Shown: positions 9,662 through 21,630 of the stretch, piece after piece | How the letters are laid out: the number at the start of each line of letters is the position of its first letter | Numbering within the stretch: the stretch's first letter is position 1 | Source of the DNA: Chrysochromulina tobinii | Taxonomy: Eukaryota | DNA length: 64,000 bases | Direction: 5' to 3' | NCBI GenBank assembly: GCA_001275005.1 | Contig: JWZX01003273.1 | Coordinates: forward strand, 1 to 64,000 | The notes under the pieces: generated by a model | Database searches by the model: none | What the model saw: only the letters and a program-made list of their open reading frames with translations | Told to the model about the DNA's origin: nothing | Position numbers and translations under genes: made by a program

Positions 9662-12600
9662 ATGGCGCCCGACGAAGACGACGTGCTGGGGGATGCGCAG
9701 GATGACGACGGGGCTGCCATGCTCGCTCGCGTAGAGGCGTTGCTTCAGGAGACTGAGCCGGGGAGCTCGGCCGTTCAGGGCCTCTCTCAGCGGCTTCTCT
9801 CCAGCCGTCCGCAGCCCAAGGGGGCGGAGGACGATCTCCTTGGCCGCTCGATTGCGATTGATTGCCTCGAGGACGACCTGGCGCGCCTGAGCCGCAAGGT
9901 CAAGATCCTCGACGCGGGAGATCGCGAGGTGATCGGGTTCACCGCCGTGGCGACCAAACCGGTCCGTGCAGGCGTCGCGTTGGGCGTCGCGACGTTGGAG
10001 CAGATCAAGGAGCTTTCGACACGGACTGGGCGCAAGTACGAGGACTGCAAGGAGGCGCTCAACAAGAACAATTGCGACCTGGAGACTGCGGCCTATTCGC
10101 TCGCGGCGGAGGCGGCGGCGGCGGCCGAAGAGGCGGCAGCCAAGAGAGCGGCGGCCGAGAGCCTGCAGGCGGCCTTCGACGCCGCGACCGAGGGTGTGAA
10201 GACACTGGACGGCGTGAGCACGGAGGTGCAGCTCCGCCTCTATGGGCTGTTCAAGCAGGCGACGAGCGGCGACGCGCCTATGAAGAGCTCTGCTGGGATG
10301 TTCGATGTCAAGGGGCAGAAGAAGTGGGCGGCGTGGGCGGCGGTGCGTGGCCAGCCGGCGGCCACGGCGCAGGCGAGCTATGTCGAGCTCGTGCGCACGC
10401 TGCGGCCGCCAGGATCGCTGCCGAGGGGCGCCGCGCCGAGCGCCACCTGCCTATCAGGGAGCGCCGTGCCGAGCGCACCGCAGCCGCCGCCTGTCGCTGA
10501 GGCGCCGAAGAACACCGCTGCCGACGTCGCCGCCGCCGCCGATGGCGCCGTCGCCGCCGTCGCCGCCGTCGCCGCCGGGACCACCGCTGGGGATGGCGTC
10601 CCCTCCGGCACCGGGCTGGCGGCTCCCGAGGCGGTGGGCATGCGACTGGCGCGCGAGGGCGCACTGGCGGAGCTAGAGGGTGCGATCCTGCTCAACGAGC
10701 TCGCGGCAGTTGACGAAACCCTCGGTGATGACCACTGATGAGCTCTGATGACCTCTGATGACCTCTGATGACCTCTGATTGCGAGGCCCTCTTGGTTTCG
10801 TCAGGTGCCGTGGGCCTCCGGCTGGCACGCCGGATGGCCCTCCTCGCCAAACATGCGGCCGCCGGCGATGGGCCCTCCGCCACCGCCCTCCGCCCTCTAC
10901 TAGGAAGGAACGGCAACGGCATGGACGGCGGGCTTTCGGGCAGCAGCAGCGGAGCGCCGTGCGTGAGTCTCGAACAGCTGGACAACTCAAGTCATCACCG
11001 GCTTCGGGCGATCGCGATTTCCGAGCGTTCCGCTCACATGGGCCTCCTCGACGAGCATGCGTCACGACTGGCCAAATGGGATCGACTTGTCGAGACGGTC
11101 GCCATGCTGCCAATCGAGTCGCCGCGCGAGGAAGGCTGCCTGACGCGCTCGGTCGCGCTCGAGACGGCGCTCCGGCTCGGCGCCCAGTTCCTGCCTGCCT
11201 GGCGGCCCGGGGATCGTGTCGACGATAAGGCCGCCGATGACCTGAAGCCGCTGCCCTCGGTGCCCGTCGTCTTGATGATCGATGTGCTTCGGGCGAAGTT
11301 CTTCATCCTCGAGGACGGCCAGGTGCGGCGCACGTGGCCTCTCGAGGCGTCGAGTACGTTCTACCCAGACTACCGGGCAGCCCACCTGCGCACGGTCACC
11401 GCGGGCGTGGCCATCTCGCTCGAGCGCTCCGTTTCGTCAGAGCTGCCGTCGCTCCCGCCGGGCGGCGAGCTCGATACAAGTGTGCCGCCCGCCGCATGCT
11501 GCTTCGGCGTGCCGGCCGCAGCAGGCGCCGCGTCGGGCACCGGAGGTCGTACAGGCGCAGCAGGAGTCCCCGTCGAGGAGGAGGAGGGGAGCGTCTACGC
11601 CGCGCCCGTGCTGCCGCTGTACACGGACACTCCCGAGGAGCGCGTGCGGCTGCTTGCGGCGCTGCGCGCTGCGGCGTGCGGCCGACCGTGCATGCCTTGC
11701 GCGCCGGTGCACTCGGGGAGCCTGGTGCGAGAGACGGCCACACGCTACTGGGCGGGCTGCCATGCTGTCCTGTTGCCGAGCTACCTGCTGCTCCTTGAGC
11801 GTGTGGACAGCGAGGTCCCCTTCCGCGTCCTTCCCCTGAGCGAAGCCGAGTGCTTCTACCCCGAGAGCAAGGGCTCTCTCGTCTTCACCATCCAGGCGAC
11901 ACGCTGGCAGCTCAACTTCTCCGCTCGCGACGGCGCGAATCGGCTCACTTGGCTCGACGCACTGGGCCAGGTGATTCCTGTCGGCAGGACGACAGCCGAC
12001 GGCAAACTGAGCGCCTTTCGCCGTCCCAGGACCGCGCCGGCAGCACGGTACGAGGCGATCAGTACGGCGCTCGTCCGCCTGCGCGTGCTGCAGCGCGAGC
12101 TGGGCTATGCCGAGGAGACCCTCGAGGAGGCTCAGCGCGAGGCGGATGCCAAGGTGGCGGTGGCGGCTGCGCGGCTGCAGCCGCAAGGCGGGCTTTTTGG
12201 AGGCCACGGCAGCTGGATGGGGCGCAGTCCCGCGGGGCGCAGTCCCGCGGGCGCAGTCCCCGCTGCCAACGGCTTCGCGATCGCTCCGGGCTCTGCGCCG
12301 TCAGTGGCTGACTCTCCGCTCGTCGCTCGTCGGATGGTACAAACAGCTGACGGTACCATCGCTCTGCAAGCACCTGATGGAACCATCGTCGCTGGCGGGG
12401 CGTCACCGCGGTGGGCCATCAACGTCGCGCTCGAAAAGGCCATCGTGACGCCCCTGAAATCGACCCTGAAAGAGCTCGAGCGTACAGGGGGGGAGATTGA
12501 GCAGCAGCGCTCTCACGAGTACTTCCAAGCGCAGCAATTGGTCGTGCTCAACACGGCGCTCCGAGCGGAGATGTCCAATGTCGAGAAGGAGATCCGGCTC

Positions 12601-12969
12601 TTGCAGCACGCCGTGGTGCTGCTCAGTTCGGCGGAGTGGCGGCGCGGCGAGTGGATGTGGTGCGCTCGGCTCGCCAACGCGCGGACGCTCTGGGAGATCT
12701 GGCACCGTTCCCATGAGCAGCACCGGCGCTTGCTCGCCGCCCAAGCGGCTGGGCACGCCCTCGCCGCCAGCGCCGCTCAAAGCCTTCCCCAAAACGGTGG
12801 CGGCGGGTTGAAGCCCGAGGAGCCGAGTGTATGGGCCGTGATCAGCAACGAAAAGGGCATCGGGATCGACGGCTCCCACAAGATGAGTATCGAGACGCGC
12901 CGCGAGGCGGCCGCACACCACGATGAAGATTGGTTCGTCAATTTCGCCACAAAGTTATTTGAGCTGTGA
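9662..12969 (+). CDS. UBA/EF-Ts-N-like + ACBP + PH-like domain protein (2 exons, 1075 aa); intron 10725-10804
   Basis: ORFs 9662-10738 and 10768-12969 join in frame through G|GTGATG...TTTCGTCAG|GT (80 nt, phase 1). QIKELSTRTGRKYEDCKEALNKNNCDLETA (UBA/EF-Ts-like); intact ACBP LYGLFKQATSGD...KKWAAW...SYVELV; PH-like FSARDGANRLTWLDAL. Confidence 0.75.
10731..10780. repeat. Five 10-bp tandem units (ACCTCTGATG consensus) inside the 80-nt intron
   Basis: ACCACTGATG AGCTCTGATG ACCTCTGATG ACCTCTGATG ACCTCTGATT. Confidence 0.9.
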
Positions 12970-13288
12970 GAGGACGACCACGTCGCACGTGTAGACGGTA
13001 GTGGGTAGAGAGGCAGAGTGGGTACAGTAGCGAGGCAGAGTCCAGAGGGGTGAGAGAAGGCCAGTAGGAAGCAACTACCCGGGCCCAACACGGGTCACGG
13101 CGCTGCGACCGACCGCGCGCGGGCAGTCGGTGGGGTCCGGTGGGGTGTGCGCAGTCGGCACACCGGCAGCAGAGACGGTTCCTCTTCAGGTTCCACCAAC
13201 CGCAGTAAAAAACGCCGTGATGAGCTTTTGCATTTCTCAAGTTTGACCCCTGTCAGTCTCGCGCTTTCCAACGCCCCCGACAAAAGTC

Positions 13289-14071
13289 ATGCTGAGGGGC
13301 CTTATTCCTTCGGTGAAGCTCTCAATCGCGCTGTTAGTGGCGCTAACACGCGTGCTGCCGAAAACCCGGGGCGAACGGCTTGGCCCGAGCTCGAAGCGGA
13401 ATGAGGCGTTGAAAGCTTTTCACATGCGGCTGCGCGAGACTCTGCCGGGACCGGTTGAGCTGTGGGGTGTGCGCTTGGCCACGCCTCGCATGAATGCCCA
13501 GGAAGCGGCAATTCTCTCCAGCTTTTTGAACGCCCGCGACTGGGACGTCGAAGATGCCACGACGATGTTCCACTCTTCAATGCGGTGGCGACGGTCCTTT
13601 GGCGTTGATCGCTTGTCAGCCTCCCAATTTGAGGACTTTCCATGCGAGATTTTTCGAGGACGTGACAACCAAGGGAACCTGCTGGTGGTGTTACGCCTCG
13701 GCGAGCTGCGCGGCGACTGCTTTAAGGACATGCAGCGCTTCGTGCGCTGGCGCGTCTATATGCAAGAGGCACTCAACTCTCAGCTGGACTTTGCCAAAGG
13801 TGAACCATTGTACAAGCTCGTGCTCAATTGCGAGGGCTTCAGCACTGGGCACTTTAGCAAGGCGGCACGCCGCTGTGCCAAGGAGCTCTCACGCGTGTCG
13901 CAGGACAACTACCCTGACTACCTCGGGCAAATCCTTATCTGTAGCCCGCCGCCAATCTTTGCCTTTGCCTACGGCATCCTAAGGCCGTTCCTGCCACGTA
14001 ACTTCGTAAAGCTCATCAAAGTGCACAAGGGCGACGAAGCTAGTTGCTTGGCCAAAGCGCGACAAGTGTAA
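13289..14071 (+). CDS. CRAL-TRIO (Sec14-like) lipid-binding protein
   Basis: SFLNARDWDVEDA..MF..SMRWR, GRDNQGNL, QDNYPDYLGQILICSPPPIF..AYGILRPFLP..KLIK. Confidence 0.85.
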   Translation: MLRGLIPSVKLSIALLVALTRVLPKTRGERLGPSSKRNEALKAFHMRLRETLPGPVELWGVRLATPRMNAQEAAILSSFLNARDWDVEDATTMFHSSMRWRRSFGVDRLSASQFEDFPCEIFRGRDNQGNLLVVLRLGELRGDCFKDMQRFVRWRVYMQEALNSQLDFAKGEPLYKLVLNCEGFSTGHFSKAARRCAKELSRVSQDNYPDYLGQILICSPPPIFAFAYGILRPFLPRNFVKLIKVHKGDEASCLAKARQV

Positions 14072-14453
14072 GAGGGTAACGATTGCTAGCAGCGTGTGTA
14101 TAGTTGCACGGCCCACTGAACGCGCGAGTAAAATCGTCACATCACGGCGCGGCCGATGCATCCGCGATTGCGCGATCCATTCCGGCCCGGGCGTCGTGGT
14201 ATTAGGCGACTAGTGCGAAGCCCCAAGCCCGGGCCGCAACCGACCCGCGACCGCGTCCACCCGTGGCCGTGAAACACATGCACACCACGCTAGAACGCGC
14301 CGCCGACACCGAATGCGCTCGACAGGCGCACGACTCGTTTGACATCTTCCGTCACTTGGTCCGGCACCCCCACATCGTCCACTTACGGCCGGAGGAGATC
14401 TCACCGAGATCTCACCGAGGTTTCTTTCATCCTCCGTCCACGCATGCCTTCGA

Positions 14454-15806
14454 TCAGAGCCGAGGCTGCCACAGCCGGGCGGTCTTGTCATCGCTCCCGC
14501 TCACCACATAGATGCCTTGCGTGGTGTACCCCACGTCGAAGCAGAGCACCGGCTCGTGGTGGCCCGTGAGCGTCTGCAGGCACTCGCCCGATCGACCGTC
14601 CCACAGGCGGATCTCACGTGAGAGGGCGCATGTGAGTATCATAGGCGAGCCCTTGAGCCAACGGAGCTCGATGACGCCCGCCGTGTGCATGCACGTGTGC
14701 CGCGGCGAGAAGGTGCCCAGGTCCCAGATGCACATCTTGCCATCCATGCCGCACGACGCAGCGAGCGCCATGACGTCGCAGAAGCCGCAGAACTCGACAC
14801 TTGCGTCGTGACTCGGGAAGACGGCGAGCGTCTTGCCACTCTCCGCGTGGGCGAGCTTGAGCCCCCCGTCTGCGCTGCCGAACATGAACACGGGCTGCGC
14901 CGGGTGTGCAGCGAGGCACGTGATGGGCCGCGGCTCGTGCAGGCCCATGGGCGCTGCGTACAAGCAATGCTCAACGGTACCTGTGCGCGGATTCCACACG
15001 CGCACGCTGCCATCCTCTGAGCCAGTGAGCACCGAGCGCCCATTGTTGACGAAGCAGCCGTACGAGACCGAGGCCGAGTGCGCCGAGAAGATCTGCATCA
15101 CCGAACCCTCAGGCAGCTTCCACATCCAAGCGGTCGCGTCCTCCGAGCCTGCAAGCAAGACGGCGCCGCGAACGTGCCAGCAGATCCAATTAATGCCCTG
15201 TGTCGGCCCCTCGAGCGCAACTGCAAGCGCACCCGTCGGAACGTGCCACACGCGCACCGAGCCATCCAGGCTCCCGCTGGCAAGCATCGAGCCGTCGGCG
15301 CTGAACGCGATGGTGCTTACCGTATCAGAATGGCCCTCAAGCTTGAAGGCGGGCTGCGGTTGCCCGACGCGCCACAGATAGCCGACGTCGTCACCGCCAC
15401 CAGTGGCAAGGATTTCGGGATGGGCCGGGTTGACCGCCACGGCAAAGACGGGCTCCGTGTGCGCGATGAGGCGCTGCACGCTGTGGTCCTCCGCCGGAGG
15501 ATCATACTCAATAATGTCTGTCACGTCTGGCATGGCCTCCGAGGCCATTGACGAAGCATCTTCATCGAGGTGACTCTCGTCATCGTCGTCCAGGTCGCTC
15601 GGAGGAGGGTCGTCAGGACCTAGATCGTATACGCGCTTGACGATCAGATCGTCGATCGTTTCAACCTCATCTTCAAACTCATCACCTTCTAGGGCTCTGC
15701 TCGAGCCCGCCGTGAAAGGTGCGCTGGGAAAGCCCTGGGCAATGCTCGGCGGTGCTGGTGGTGGCGCCGGTGGCGCGAGATGTGGTGGCATGGCCTCGTG
15801 CTCCAT
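14454..15806 (-). CDS. WD40 protein, AAMP/Sqt1-like (ribosomal protein uL16 chaperone)
   Basis: Acidic N-terminus, then HTEPVFAV...ATGGGDD, GHSDTVS..FSADG.MLASG.LDG, WICWH.RG.VLLAGSED..AWMW, typical of AAMP/Sqt1. Start at ATG 15806 (MEHEAMP). Confidence 0.85.
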   Translation of the reverse strand: MEHEAMPPHLAPPAPPPAPPSIAQGFPSAPFTAGSSRALEGDEFEDEVETIDDLIVKRVYDLGPDDPPPSDLDDDDESHLDEDASSMASEAMPDVTDIIEYDPPAEDHSVQRLIAHTEPVFAVAVNPAHPEILATGGGDDVGYLWRVGQPQPAFKLEGHSDTVSTIAFSADGSMLASGSLDGSVRVWHVPTGALAVALEGPTQGINWICWHVRGAVLLAGSEDATAWMWKLPEGSVMQIFSAHSASVSYGCFVNNGRSVLTGSEDGSVRVWNPRTGTVEHCLYAAPMGLHEPRPITCLAAHPAQPVFMFGSADGGLKLAHAESGKTLAVFPSHDASVEFCGFCDVMALAASCGMDGKMCIWDLGTFSPRHTCMHTAGVIELRWLKGSPMILTCALSREIRLWDGRSGECLQTLTGHHEPVLCFDVGYTTQGIYVVSGSDDKTARLWQPRL

Positions 15807-16100
15807 GTCGAGAGGGGAATGACTGAGTGCCGAGCGTCGTCGAGCGGCGTCAAGAATTCGGGTGCGACGTGGACGCGCCGGCTCTGGGAGGAATGTGAAC
15901 GGATGGGTTGCTGGAGACGAACATTCGCGGTCGGTTGGTATGCGGGGACAAGCGGAAGGCCCCCGTCCCTTACCCTGAAGTCCCAAAACTACAAACAAAA
16001 GTGCCCAACACGGCGCTCGCCGGTTCAGCGAAGCACACGAAGGAGACGAGAGAAGGGGACTTGGCCGTCGCCGTCCCTCCGCGACGTTGAGCCTGGGGCC

Positions 16101-17805
16101 ATGCAGTCTCTCGAGGCGCTCGCCGCCAAAACATCTACTCTGATGGCGGCGAGCCGCGTGAGCATGGACCTCATCGACGGCGGCGGCGGGCTGCTGCCCA
16201 GGCTCAAACCAGCCTCCGACCGCGTGGCCCACTCGCGCTCAGCCCCGGCGTTCGGTCGATCGCGCTCGGAATCCGCGCTGCGGTACACATCTGGCGAACC
16301 CGTGATATCGGACGCGCTGAAGCTCCCAGTACTTGCGCGCAAGCATCCGGAATCATCGGCAGGCGGTGCTCAGGCGGCCTCGGGTAGGGCGTCGTCGCCG
16401 GTTGACGAGGAGCATGACGTGACCGAGCGCATGCACGTTGAGAAGATCTTCCGCTACGAAAAGCAGTTCACCTTTGGGCTGCTCAATTTTGATGACGAGT
16501 TCGTCGCGGCGACGCTGCACATCAGCCAGGATTCGCGCACGAAGCCCGCACTCCTCAGCCAGTACGGAATTCACCAGCTGGAAATGCGCGACGTGCATCG
16601 GGCGGACATTCTTGCGCGCATCGAGCCGCTGGGCGCCGAGGAGATTATCAGCCGGCAGATGATGAAACGCGAGATTGAGCGCCAGCGCGAGGCTGACCTC
16701 GCCGACGACGGCATCGCGAACGAAACCACGCAACCCTCCACCGAGGCCCTCTTGCTGATGGTGGAGCTCGAAAAGGCCGGGGCGCTCGAGCACCTGGGCA
16801 ATCGTGGCACGCGCATCGCCTCCAATCCGGCGCTCATCCGGCACGACGGCCAGTCGCGCAGCTCGGCGCGCGTGCAGCCCAAGCCAGTAGACGGCGCCGC
16901 CCAGGCACGCGAAGCCGACGTGTTGAAACGCAAGATGACCAAGCCGCAGCTGGCTGCGCTTCGAAAGCTCGTGGGCGAGCGCGCGTTTGGGGAGCTCTTG
17001 GGGGGCGGCGTGAGTGGGAGCAGCGCACCCCCGACCTTCATGTGCGAGACGCTCATGTCCGAGTGCAAGCGTCGACTCGACTCGAAGCAGGGAGAGCCAG
17101 CTGCTGCTTCGAGTCGAGGATCGGTGCCGCCAGTACCCGCCTCGTTTATTCGTGCGCGCCGCTCGCTTGTGGCTGTTGCGGAGGCCGCGGTAGACGCCGT
17201 CCAGGCGAGCGCACCATCGGCGGGCGGGCCCGGCGGACCTGCGAAGGCGAGCGCAGCTTGGAAGAAGAAGAAGCTCAGCTCGATGGTACGTGCCGCGTCG
17301 CAGCAGGCGGCGGTGATCGCCGACGAGCCGCCCGCGGCACCGCTCGCCGCCACCGCCGCACCGCTCGCCGCCACCGCCGAGGCCTTCGCGCCCGTTGCGG
17401 CGCCCGTGGCGGCGAGTGGCACCCCTTCGCTACCGAAGAGGTTCTTGTTCGCTGCGGCTGGCGGTGCACCGACAGTCCCTCCGCCCGCCCCAGCTGTAGT
17501 TGTCGTTGGCGCCGGCGGCCGCGGTGGCGATGGCATGGCTCACGCGTCGGCAGAGGCGGTGCTTGGGAGTGCGGCCTTGCCCCGTGGGGCGCTCGCATCC
17601 TACGATGCCGACGCGGACGATGTGGAGGAGGATGGCGAGGAGGATGGCGAGGAGGGCGGCGAGGAGGACGGCGAGGAGGACGGCACGCTTCCTTCGGCCG
17701 CGCCCTCGCCCCAGACACATGGGGCGCATGGCCTCCGTTCGGGCACCCTGCACGCCCTCTCGAGCTCACTGGCAAGCAGCCTGTACGGCGACCCGACGGC
17801 GTCGG

Positions 17806-17836
<31 letters not shown>

Positions 17837-20800
17837 ACAGGCGACCGAGTACAAGGGTTACACGAATCCCTACGGCGAACCGGAGCGAAAGCCGCGTCCC
17901 ACCTCGTCCGAACTCATCGTCATCCGCGCCAAGAACGCCGAGAGGGTGCGTCAGAACGAAGCCGACGAAGCTCGGCACGCGGCGAACGCTATCTACGATG
18001 CGCCCCGCAAGCGTGCCGAGCTGCGTAAGGCCAAGCTGGCGCGCGCCATCGTGTCGAATGGCTCGCATCACATGCACCACGAGAGTGCGCTGCTCCTCGG
18101 CGGCCACGTGGCGAGCGCGAAGCTGAGTGCGATGTCGAGCGCCGTGCTGAGCGCACCGCCCGCCCCCGCCGGCCGGCCTGGCTCGAGTCTCTCGACGGGC
18201 TCGGCCAGCGTGTGGAGCGAGTCGGACGCGGGTGAGCCGCCATGGGGGTGGCCCACCGCCAATCCCTTCGTGCCCCTTCCACCCTTCGCCTCCGCCAACG
18301 TCTTCGAGGACTTTGTGGAGAGCTTACAGGAGAAGCCACCAGAGAGCCTTCTCTCGCCCGCACCTTCGGAGGGGCGCACCTCGCCCGTCTCGACTGGCAG
18401 CATCATGCCTCGGGAGAGTGGAGAGGGGGGCGAGAGGCGCAGCCCGGCGCCGTTTGCACCGGGCGAGCGGGCGGGCGGCGCGTTCACGCCCGTGGGGACT
18501 CGACTGCGCATTGCCGCCTCCGCGTCCGAGCTGGGTACCGAGCTGGGCGCCTCAATGCTCGCAAACGCCTTGGGCGGCCTGCGGAGCATCCCCGAGGCGC
18601 GCCGCGACGCCTGCGCGAGGCAGCTGCAGGCGTACATGAAGGCCTGCGAGTCGCTCGGCACGACGCCGGTCTCGCGCGTACTCAACCATCTGGATGCACC
18701 GCGCCTCTCGCTCTCCCACTACGGGCTGGGTACAAATGGGAGCGCCGCCCTCGCCGCGGTTCTCGTGCTCAACGAGTCGTGGCGCGTGCTCGACCTGTGC
18801 GATAACCGGCTGCATGCGGAGGGTGCCGAAGCGCTCTCGCGTGGGCTCGAGATCAACGAGAAGCTGAGCGAGCTCGACTTGAGTAGCAACGCCATCGGCG
18901 GCAAGGCCATGAGCTCGCTGCTCGAGGCGATTGCGAACGCCTCGCAGTCGCGCAAGGGTGTGCTGCGCACGCTGCGTGTACTCCGGCTCGGCGACAACGG
19001 CCTGGGCGATGGCGCGACGGAGGCGCTCATGTCACTCCTCACTTTCAGCAAGGTGCTGCAGCACCTGAGTCTCGAGAGCAATAAAATGACCTCGATCAGC
19101 GCCTCGCTCTTGTGCACGCAGCTCAGTTCGCCCAAGTGCCCCCTTGTCGAACTCGACCTCTCATGGAATGCGATGCGGGCGACCGCGATCGAGGAGCTCA
19201 GCGGAGCGCTGCGCGACAACCATCACCTGCTGCGGCTCGGGCTCGGATGGAATGTGATGGGGAACCGTGGCGGCGTGGCGCTCGGCGCCATGCTAGAAGC
19301 CAACACGACGCTCCGCACGCTCGCGGTGCCGCACGCGGCCATCGAGGCCGAGGGCGCCGAGGCGCTTGCGACGGCGCTCTCTCGCACCAACCGCACGCTC
19401 ACCGCCCTCGAGCTGAGTTTCAATCTGGTGGGGGAGGACGCGGTGAGCTCGCTCTTCGCCGCGCTGGTGGCTAACCCGACGCTCAAAACCATTGCGCTCC
19501 AGGGCTGTGTTCAGGCGAAGCTCCTGTCACCCGGCCGCCCCAGAGGCTCCGCCAACCCGCCGGAACTTGACGAGTCGATTGCGGAGAAGGGCTGCAACGC
19601 TATGGGCGGTCGCTTTGGGCTACCCATCAACCCCGCCATGCTCGGGCTCGGGGAGAAGCTGTCTGTCGCAAGAGCTGGCAGCGTGGTGCTGCCTCTGGAC
19701 GATCCGAAGAAACCGACGCGCTACCTCAGCTTCGACCCGGCGAACCCCGAGGGGCTCTACCAACTCAATCTGGCCCACCCGTTCGAGCGGTGGGTCGCGA
19801 CGCAGCTACAAGCAGTGAGTACGGCCCGCAAAGAGCCGTGGGCTGTCGCCATGTACCAGCCGCCGCCGTTGCCGCCGCCCGAGCTGCCACCCCTTCGCGT
19901 GCCGCCAAAGGCCGCCGCCCCTGCCGCCGCCCCTGCCGCCGCCCCTGCCGCCGCCCCTGCCGCCGCCCCTGCCGCCGCCGCCGCCCCTGCCGCCTCTGAG
20001 GAGCAGGAAGAGGATTGGGAGCGCGAGATGCGCTTGGAGGAGGAGGCGGCCGCAGCCGCGGAGGCGAAGCGCGCGGCGTTGGCAGCCCGCAAGGCGGCGC
20101 TTGAAGCCTTTGCGGCACTCCCGCCACCCGAGCTCGGCCCCATCGACGCCTCTGCGCCGCTGCCAGCCGAGGGCACGCTACATGTCGAGTACCGACGGGC
20201 CGAGCCCGCGCCGCCCACAACTGTCCACTACAAGCTCGCTCTTGCGGACTCGTCCGAGCGCGAGGTCGCCCTCGGCCTGTGGCGCAAGGCGCTCGTCGAG
20301 AGCGGCGAGTCATGGAAGCGAGAGCGGCTCGATGGCGTGCGCTTCGAGCTCCGCCATACCGACGAGCAGTGGGTCATGCCCGGGAGCGGGCGATTAGAAC
20401 TCGAATTCACGAGCCGCGCCATCACGTACATGGCGCAGTACTCGCTCGACCTCGCCGATGGTCGCCACCGGCGGCTGGCGCACACGCTCGCCAAGCGGCT
20501 GGCGCACACAGCACTCGGCAGAGCGAGTGAAGCGATCCTAAACGCAACGCTTGATGGTGCCCCTCTGCCAATGGGCTTCATGGAGTACCTAGCGCAAGGA
20601 GACGGCGACAGCGCCGCGGACGTAGGCGCGGTCGGCATGCTCATGTGGACGTATGTGGTGCGGGAGGTGCGCCACCTGAGTACGCGCCACTTCGTCTTCG
20701 ACCTGCAGCGCGCCGAGGACGCCGCTCTCGCGGCGGCCCTGCGCAAATGGGCCACCGACGTGCCCGGCGAGAACATGCTCAACGTGCACCACGACGGTGC

Positions 20801-21119
20801 TCCATGTACCCAGTGGGCCTCGGGAGAGGGGATCGTCGAGCTCGACTATGTGGTCGTGCAGCCGCTCGTGCCGCTGCCACCGCCTCCGCCGCCGCCGCCA
20901 CCTCCCGGCGCGGCCACCGCGGCGCCTGAGGAGGAGCAGGTGACGGCGCAAGGCTATTGGCGACCGGTGGCCCGGCGGCTGCGTCATGACGACTCGTACG
21001 ATTGGATTGTGGCGCAGCGGCTGGCGCAGCTCGCGTACGACTACCCGGGCGACCCTTGGCTCAGCGCCGTGCTGCCAAGTGGACAGCCTTCCAAGGAGCT
21101 CGAGGTGCAGAAGCTGTAG
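16101..21119 (+). CDS. Very large protein: disordered N-terminus, RI-like LRR array, C-terminal repeated YxLxL module
   Basis: LDLCDNRL, LDLSSNAIG, LRLGDNGLGD, LDLSWNAM, LELSFNLVG repeats. Start chosen at ATG 16101 because the longer ORF would overlap the divergent WD40 gene start. Confidence 0.8.
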
Positions 21120-21261
21120 GTCGGCAGCTGGCCGTAGAGGCCAATTGATGGGCAGCATCCGACGCGGACAATCCGCTTGAAGCCGCACACAGCGGCGCGT
21201 CGAACGTAGCTGCGTGGATGAGGATGTAAAATATGCGCTTAGAAAATAGGTCCACAATGCT

Positions 21262-21630
21262 CTATGTTGGTAACGGTTGGCCGCTCATTTTCGCTGTGAT
21301 GCGCACGGATGCGCACAGAAGCACGGCGAGCTCCAGTTGCTCACAGTCCTTCGGCTCCGATGCGCGGCTGAGACACGCCTGGTGAGCATCGCGTTCTGGC
21401 TTGCACTTCTTGGGCGCCCAGTCGCACGCAGCAATGAGCTCAGATCCGCAGTGGCGGAAGGCTGACCAAGCGAGCCGACAATGATTCGCTTCGTCAGAGG
21501 TGTCAGTGGCAGGAATCTCATGAGGATTGCAGTTGTAGCGGCGAAGACAGGCAGCAACTGCCTTTGCGTGGCTACCGCAGTGCTCTTGCAGGGTGAACGG
21601 GCTTGAGTTGAAGCGACGCATGTTCGACAT
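21262..21630 (-). CDS. Small quadruple-CX9C protein (mitochondrial IMS/MIA40-substrate type; NDUFA8/CHCHD5-like architecture)
   Basis: CGSHAKAVAAC, CRLAWSAFRHC, CKPERDAHQAC, CEQLELAVLLC: four exact CX9C motifs in 122 aa. Confidence 0.7.
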   Translation of the reverse strand: MSNMRRFNSSPFTLQEHCGSHAKAVAACLRRYNCNPHEIPATDTSDEANHCRLAWSAFRHCGSELIAACDWAPKKCKPERDAHQACLSRASEPKDCEQLELAVLLCASVRITAKMSGQPLPT

